Source: Calditrichia bacterium (GTDB lineage Bacteria > Calditrichota > Calditrichia > RBG-13-44-9). From it: a stretch of 38,847 nt of DNA. Location of the stretch: positions 1 through 38,847 of the forward strand of contig JARRQT010000003.1 in assembly GCA_037381445.1 (NCBI GenBank), in the 5' to 3' direction. The notes beneath the pieces were generated by a model. The model was not told where the DNA came from. It worked only from the letters and a program-made list of their open reading frames with translations, and ran no database searches. Position 1 is the stretch's first letter. Every line of letters starts with the position of its first letter. Of this stretch, positions 34,056-38,847 are shown piece by piece. The translations under genes were made by a program, and so were the position numbers.

Positions 34056-35153
34056 TTTCTGCTCCATCTGTCGTTCACGCTCTTTTTTCAATCTGCGAAG
34101 TTCATCCTCAATGTTGCGAGATTTCTGCCTTTCCCTCAGTAAGTTCTCATAGAAATTCACTTTTGAACGAACATTTTCTTTCGATCCAGGCCTTCCCTCT
34201 CCGGTGAGCGGCATCAATTGGAAATTTGCCGCCAGGTTTACTTTCCAGGCAGGATAATTTGGTAAATCCAGTTTGGCATTGGGTTGTGGCAATAAAGCTG
34301 ACGAAGTGTTTTCATTACTCGTTAACCGTACATCCAGGCCCAGGTCAAAGGAAAACCAGGGTTTTGGTTTAAACCGGATGGAAGGTGTCAGGTACATAAA
34401 GTTTTCCCGGCTATAGGCCATGGAATCCGGTGCGTTGATAAAATTGTTACCCCACAGTTCCAGATTCAGATCGAACAGTTCCGAGGGATAAATAAATCCA
34501 AGTCCGTAATCCAGCTCAGTGGCATTCCCGTTCGCTTTGTATTCGAAACCCGTTCGTGGATTTGTATACAATACCTTCCCGGCATCATTGTGGTTATACC
34601 AACCCAGATTGAAATGCAGGCTGAAACTTCTGTCATGCAGATAGGGATCATTATAGAATGAGAATAATCCCGTAAAACCGTATTCCACAGAACCTGCATT
34701 GTAAGGTTCAAACGGGTAATTATGGTATTTACCGCTCGGAATTCTGATGGGGAGCATAAAACCGTAGTTGAAACGATTATTACTCAGCCCGAATGATCCT
34801 AATTTGAAATCAAGGAATATGTCGCCAGGACTGTTGTATTCCGCCTTGGCGTTCAAATCCTGATAAATCTGAACCATCGCTGTTGCATCGAAATGATCCA
34901 TTATTCCATAGGTCAGGAGGGCGTTACTCTGCACATCCCAGTAATTGACAGCAGAAAAATTGGCAGGTTTGTTTTGCCCCAGGTATTCCCCAACCTTCGT
35001 ATAAAAGTTCATGTTTGTTCTGAAATCCAATGTCCCTCTTTCCAAAGTGCTTGCAGTTTGCATATGAAGCAAACTTCGGCTTCCGAATGCACCTGCAAAG
35101 GCAAAAACAGGAACGAATACCATCACCAGAAATAGCTTGTAACATTGAGACAT
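33654..35153 (-). CDS. Signal-peptide, beta-barrel-like outer-membrane protein with a coiled coil, read in frame into a cytidine deaminase domain
   Basis: Signal peptide ending VFAFA; aromatic/Gly-rich alternating strands; charged helix ERQKSRNIEDELRRLKKERE; no stop before the deaminase. Confidence 0.7.
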   Translation of the reverse strand: MSQCYKLFLVMVFVPVFAFAGAFGSRSLLHMQTASTLERGTLDFRTNMNFYTKVGEYLGQNKPANFSAVNYWDVQSNALLTYGIMDHFDATAMVQIYQDLNAKAEYNSPGDIFLDFKLGSFGLSNNRFNYGFMLPIRIPSGKYHNYPFEPYNAGSVEYGFTGLFSFYNDPYLHDRSFSLHFNLGWYNHNDAGKVLYTNPRTGFEYKANGNATELDYGLGFIYPSELFDLNLELWGNNFINAPDSMAYSRENFMYLTPSIRFKPKPWFSFDLGLDVRLTSNENTSSALLPQPNAKLDLPNYPAWKVNLAANFQLMPLTGEGRPGSKENVRSKVNFYENLLRERQKSRNIEDELRRLKKERERQMEQKMLNEKILGKLKDARERALANYSNFKVGAILVTREGKIYSGHNIESSSYSLTICAERVALFKALSEGERHFQKIYILGSNSGYCPPCGACRQVLMDYAPDIEVVLVNNDGEEKFSGIQELLPLAFTDNELFEKE

Positions 35154-35182
35154 TTTGTTCCTCCTGCAGATAAGTTATAAAT

Positions 35183-35211
35183 AAAATAAAAATTTAATTA
35201 CTTTTTGTCAA
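35183..35211 (-). promoter_or_regulatory. Candidate sigma70 promoter for the outer-membrane protein gene
   Basis: TTGACA-17 nt-TATTTT, followed by AGGAGG SD before the ATG at 35153. Confidence 0.65.
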
Positions 35212-35233
35212 GAAAATTAGGGACTTATGCGAA

Positions 35234-35716
35234 TTATCTGAAACGTGTGGCAAGTACATAGACATTCACAATAATTGCAATATCACGTACAACTGCAACT
35301 ATTCTGGAAAAAATATCAGAAATACTGCCTGACACAATAACAACATCACCCGGCTGAAGCGGAACCAGTAAATCCTTGTTCCCGGTTTTAATATATTCTT
35401 CGATGTTAACTTTTATCACTTCCTGATTTTTTCGAATAATTCTTACATCGTTCAGGCGCGCGGTTTTCAGGGGGCCGCCGGCGGATGACAGGAGATCAAT
35501 TATCCCGAAGTTACTTGGGATGCTATAAATCCCTGGCTTTTGGACATGGCCCCATAAATTGATATTAATGAGCAGTACATCATTGGAGCCGAGAATATAT
35601 TGGGCCGGACGATCACCGAACTGCAGTTGAGGCTGCATTTGGTATTCCTGTGCAAAACCCTCGGAGAACGCTATCATGAAGACCACAGAGAAAACGAGAA
35701 AAATAATACGCTTCAT
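35234..35716 (-). CDS. SLBB (soluble ligand-binding beta-grasp) domain exported protein
   Basis: Signal peptide MKRIIFL..; INLWGHVQKPGIY, DLLSSAGG and LQPGDVVIV motifs; hydrophobic C-terminal helix. Confidence 0.8.
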   Translation of the reverse strand: MKRIIFLVFSVVFMIAFSEGFAQEYQMQPQLQFGDRPAQYILGSNDVLLININLWGHVQKPGIYSIPSNFGIIDLLSSAGGPLKTARLNDVRIIRKNQEVIKVNIEEYIKTGNKDLLVPLQPGDVVIVSGSISDIFSRIVAVVRDIAIIVNVYVLATRFR

Positions 35717-35908
35717 CAAAATTACCATTTTAATTCATTTAAGAGCCCGATATCCGCATTTTTAGGGTTCGGCGCTTCGGAATCAACCAAAAATAAGTCG
35801 TGCCTGAACATGCATGTCAATAATGAGGCCTGTTATATCTGGCACACAAATAAGATCACCGGTATTATCGGTTTTTACATCAAAAAGTTAAGTCGTTTAG
35901 TTAACAAT

Positions 35909-36571
35909 TTAAATTAAAAAGCCTATCTGATCGATCCTCCAGCGGTAACGGCCGGCAAATAATGAATCTGTGGCACCTAGTTCCGGCAGACTCCATTTTT
36001 CAGGATCTTCATATTTGATGCTGTTTTCTGCAATCGCTATTTTCAAATGTTCATTGCCCTGGATTTTTTCCAACCGGAACACAAACCTGTCCTGCGGGAA
36101 TTGCTCAGGATAGCTCCATTGAAATCCCGGTCTGTTATTCATTCTGGCTTCATTAATAGGCGAATTCAAAAGCGGTTTTCCCAGCAATTCGTAAGACACG
36201 GTGTCGGAAGGCTCGCTGTCCTGGTCCTGGTCATCGAACGCTCGCAGATAATAGTAATACCGTTGATGCAAGGAAACGGGAGTATCTGTGAAAGAGGTAT
36301 CAATGTGATCGTACTGTTTATTTATGCGAGCGACTTCCTCATAATTCTTATCACCGGATTCACTGCGATAAATCTTATACCCTGCTAAATGTTCGCCCGA
36401 ATTAGGATACCACTCAAGAAAGACGCCGTCCGTTTCCGGCACCGCATCAATGCCATGTTCCTCAAACGCGGCTTCGGCGGTTTTGGGAGCCAATTCGACC
36501 CGGGCAGGCGGGGGAACTTGATTGACATCATCTTTGCAGCCGGCCATAAAGATCGCCGGGATGACAATCAT
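35909..36571 (-). CDS. Fibronectin type III-like lipoprotein, probably 5'-truncated
   Basis: Lipobox-like FMAG-C; LEW, GYKIYRS, FTDT and YYYYLRAFD..SEPS FN3 pattern. Confidence 0.7.
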   Translation of the reverse strand: MIVIPAIFMAGCKDDVNQVPPPARVELAPKTAEAAFEEHGIDAVPETDGVFLEWYPNSGEHLAGYKIYRSESGDKNYEEVARINKQYDHIDTSFTDTPVSLHQRYYYYLRAFDDQDQDSEPSDTVSYELLGKPLLNSPINEARMNNRPGFQWSYPEQFPQDRFVFRLEKIQGNEHLKIAIAENSIKYEDPEKWSLPELGATDSLFAGRYRWRIDQIGFLI

Positions 36572-37598
36572 TAATAATAAACCAACCCCGATAAGCGTAA
36601 TCGAAATTGAAAAAGAGCACTTTTAGGCCGACGCCTGCGGTAAATTGCTGGTTTTCCAAACCAAACCGGATTGCCAGCTTCCCATAATAGACATATTCCA
36701 GACCAAAATGATTTACCCTGTCATATTTGCTGGATAATGCATACGAGAACAGCAATTGTCCGTGGATATTGGGGAGCGGTTGAAAGTACGAAGCGCCCAG
36801 ATACCAGTTTCTCGGAATTTTGCTGGATTGCCGGGAGTCCGTGTTCCAGGTTATTTTGGTATTCAAAACATCCTTCAGGGCATAGCCGATTGAAAACTTG
36901 CCCAGCCGATTATCATCGAACAAATCATCGATGCCGAACTTGAGCATTCCCCCAAGATCAAATCCCAATCCCGAAGATGTCTTATCAAACAAAGACTGCC
37001 TGAGAAATTTTACATTTATCCCCAGCGGGACCTCAATGGGAAGCACAAAATACTGCCAACCGAAATCGACATCGATTTTATATAATTTTGACAGCGTAAG
37101 GAAGAAAGCATCATTGGTGAAACTGCTGTAACCCAGCGGCGCATCCGTTAACACGATACCCAGCTCCTGCAGCTCCTCCCAGTTTGAAGCGCTGGTACTG
37201 GCCTCATTTACCCGGTTTGAGTAATTTGATTCCAGATTTTTCGAATCATAGCGCGGTATATCGGTGACGCTGAGACGAATCCAGTTCAATGAAAATGCGG
37301 CGCCGCCATAGAGCGGTTTCGTAAATCCGATCTGATGATGCCGTTCCAGAGATTTGAATAGCGAGGCATACATCCCAAAAAGTTCGGGACGCTGCAGGGT
37401 TGAAACGCCCGCCGGATTCCAGTAAAAGGCCGATCCGTCATCCGCAACGGAAACATAGGCACCGCCCATAGCCATGGCCCGCGCCCCGATACCCAGTTCC
37501 AAAAAGGATCCGGCGTACTTCGTATCCGCGGCAAGAGCTGCGGAAGACTGCAAGCCGATCAACAGAAATAATGTTCCGATTAAAACAAATATTTTCAT
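36528..37598 (-). CDS. PorV/PorQ (UPF0164)-family outer-membrane protein with an aberrant C-terminus
   Basis: Signal peptide; FLELGIGARAMAMGGA..DDGSAFYWNPAG; GFDLGG; FGLEY; FDYAY. Confidence 0.82.
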   Translation of the reverse strand: MKIFVLIGTLFLLIGLQSSAALAADTKYAGSFLELGIGARAMAMGGAYVSVADDGSAFYWNPAGVSTLQRPELFGMYASLFKSLERHHQIGFTKPLYGGAAFSLNWIRLSVTDIPRYDSKNLESNYSNRVNEASTSASNWEELQELGIVLTDAPLGYSSFTNDAFFLTLSKLYKIDVDFGWQYFVLPIEVPLGINVKFLRQSLFDKTSSGLGFDLGGMLKFGIDDLFDDNRLGKFSIGYALKDVLNTKITWNTDSRQSSKIPRNWYLGASYFQPLPNIHGQLLFSYALSSKYDRVNHFGLEYVYYGKLAIRFGLENQQFTAGVGLKVLFFNFDYAYRGWFIINDCHPGDLYGRLQR

Positions 37599-38847
37599 TT
37601 AAGCTTCGCCACCTTCAAGATTTCCTGCCGTTCCTTCCCCTCATATTTTGCCCGAACCAGCGCAAAATAAACTCCATTGGCCACTTGATTGCCATCCTCG
37701 TCGGTTCCATCCCATATTAATTCGTTGTATCCAACCCGTCTCGGGTCATTGCCTGGCGTGATGGTGTTCATATCATTCTTAATTCGTTTAATCAGCCGAC
37801 CGGATGTTGTAAAAATCCTGATTTCCAGATCGTCAATGATATCCCTGCTGGTGATATAATAGGAGAATATGGTCTCATCACTGAATGGATTGGGATAGTT
37901 GCCAAAAACTTTCAGGTCAAAAGCATCGTCCACTTTCAATGAATAATTCTTTGTCGATTCGTTTCCATTGACATCTTTCACATCGATCTGCAGCGAATGC
38001 TGTCCGATGTCCAGATCCGGGTAGGCGGTAATGCCCATCACCTTTGACTGCTGAACCGAGTCCGGGATGAATATCTTCTCCTGCGGCAGCACTGCGTCAT
38101 CCACCATGACCCGGATTCTGTTCCTATCGATATTCAGTCCGCTTTCGTCCTCGAAGACAATATTCAATACCGGATTGGGAGAAACCAGGGATTTGCTTCG
38201 TATCTGCCGGCCGTCTACCGTTAATTCTATGCGGGGCGGTTGGTTGTCGCTGGAAATAAAGGGTGCATAGAATCCCGTCTCCTGCAGCCGGGCAGTGAGG
38301 CAGCCGCAAGAAGTGTCCAGAACCGCGTCCTGCTGAAGCCAGACCTGCATGCGCTCATCCCACCGGTATAATTTCGGCAGCTTCTCCGCAGAAGTAGTGG
38401 AATCGTAATGGGTATTTGACAACTGCAAATTCAACAGGAAGGGAGAGGTCAGTTTGGCCTCATCGTTAAATTTGGTGAGCATAAGCCCAACCGGTTTATC
38501 AAGGTTTCTTAGCAGCACGGGCGTGAGCCCTGCCTGCTGAAAGGAAGTGGTGATGTCATTGATTTCATAGGAAACAGCCGCGGAACCGGTAATCTCGCCC
38601 GCGCCCAGCCAGAACTGAAAATCGCCCATTTTGATGGTATCGTTGCTTACATTTTTATAGGTAGATCCCAATTCGGGAACAAGGTTGAACATATTCACCT
38701 GAATACTTGAGCTATCCAGATTATTGCCCCGATTAAAATCGGGCAGAAGCTTCTGCGGATCAAGCGCCGCGTATATTTTATAACTGGAAACATTCAGGTC
38801 GAAGGGGAAATCCAGTTTAACAGTCAGGCTATCCTTGCCATCCACCG
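37595..38847 (-). CDS. C-terminal part of a large secreted protein with Ig-like domains and a T9SS type A/FlgD-Ig sorting domain (5' end outside the window)
   Basis: NYPNPFS, IRIFTTSGRLIK, WDGTDEDG..VANGVYF, ends KVAKLK; CARDB-like LDP..NN near the window edge; ATGA overlap with the PorV-like gene. Confidence 0.82.
   Translation of the reverse strand, partial: VDGKDSLTVKLDFPFDLNVSSYKIYAALDPQKLLPDFNRGNNLDSSSIQVNMFNLVPELGSTYKNVSNDTIKMGDFQFWLGAGEITGSAAVSYEINDITTSFQQAGLTPVLLRNLDKPVGLMLTKFNDEAKLTSPFLLNLQLSNTHYDSTTSAEKLPKLYRWDERMQVWLQQDAVLDTSCGCLTARLQETGFYAPFISSDNQPPRIELTVDGRQIRSKSLVSPNPVLNIVFEDESGLNIDRNRIRVMVDDAVLPQEKIFIPDSVQQSKVMGITAYPDLDIGQHSLQIDVKDVNGNESTKNYSLKVDDAFDLKVFGNYPNPFSDETIFSYYITSRDIIDDLEIRIFTTSGRLIKRIKNDMNTITPGNDPRRVGYNELIWDGTDEDGNQVANGVYFALVRAKYEGKERQEILKVAKLK

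Overview
Bacterial genomic window. Positions ~1-28.5 kb (- strand) hold one compact, co-oriented translation/transcription supercluster: tRNA-Thr/Tyr/Gly/Thr, tuf, rpmG, tRNA-Trp, secE, nusG, rplK-A-J-L, rpoB, rpoC, rpsL-rpsG-fusA, the S10 and spc blocks, secY, map, infA, rpmJ, rpsM, rpsK and the start of rpsD. The protein sequences, the gene order (fusA directly before rpsJ, no adk) and the T9SS-type genes suggest an FCB-group lineage. Shine-Dalgarno use and TTGACA promoters argue against Bacteroidota and suggest something Calditrichota/KSB1-like; this is inference, no search was run. The last ~10 kb is accessory: an orphan peptide ABC permease, cstA plus a Cys/Met PLP lyase, a ~230-bp MITE-like element, a stand-alone Lrp/AsnC domain, an outer-membrane-like protein fused in frame to a cytidine deaminase, an SLBB protein, an FN3-like lipoprotein, a PorV-family protein and the C-terminus of a T9SS-type sorted protein. 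The most unusual features are the membrane protein-deaminase fusion and two or three apparent deletion junctions at 34-36.6 kb, which may be real or assembly artefacts.
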